A stretch of DNA of 63,230 nt, the filler included, from Octopus bimaculoides (Eukaryota): the NCBI RefSeq assembly GCF_001194135.2. It is 6 parts of 6 records of this genome, joined end to end, with 100 filler letters (N's around TTAATTAATTAA, not from the genome) between each part and the next. Parts side by side here need not be neighbours in the genome. Positions count along the whole stretch, not along the records: positions 58,383 to 63,230 come from NC_068986.1; 5 more parts are not named here. One strand, written 5' to 3'. The position numbers were made by a program, and so were the translations under genes. How positions within the stretch are numbered: the stretch's first letter is position 1; each line of letters opens with the position of its first letter. Positions 63,053 to 63,230 of this stretch are shown piece after piece. The notes beneath the pieces were generated by a model, which did no database searches, was not told where the DNA came from, and saw only the letters and a list, made by a program, of their open reading frames with translations.

Positions 63053-63230
63053 AAAACAAACACGTATAAATGGATGAATATATAATGCATGCAAAAATAT
63101 ATATTAACTTATATACATCTATTATTATACACACACACATATATACACGCATATATGTATATGTAGCTATATTTATCTCTTTCTCTCTCCCCCTCTCTCT
63201 CTCTACATATATATATTTATACATGCATAT

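Overview
Repeat-dense, AT-rich animal genomic DNA from a gappy short-read assembly. The microsatellite load and the recurring tRNA-derived SINE families look like an octopod (coleoid cephalopod) genome; this is an inference from repeat style. No complete protein-coding gene is recognisable, and almost all ORFs in the track are microsatellite or N-run artefacts. The sequence does support many SINE copies of at least three families, RTE- and CR1-type LINE 3' fragments, Tc1/mariner transposase remnants, hAT-, piggyBac- and Helentron-like non-autonomous elements, and a Penelope-like element end. It also supports a few low-confidence candidate exons and five artificial 100-bp linkers (44 N + TTAATTAATTAA + 44 N), so adjacency across those points is not guaranteed. 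The most interesting observations are: (1) a Penelope-like GIY-YIG ORF end followed by a tRNA-like Pol III promoter and a minimal hammerhead ribozyme whose core carries two CpG-type mutations (15385-15820); (2) a pre-miRNA-like hairpin at 27117-27191 in a CpG-retaining patch; (3) a ~2.4-kb inverted duplication (12.6-15.0 kb) with near-identical inner arms and outward-facing mariner ends; (4) a switch between CpG-poor and CpG-rich domains.
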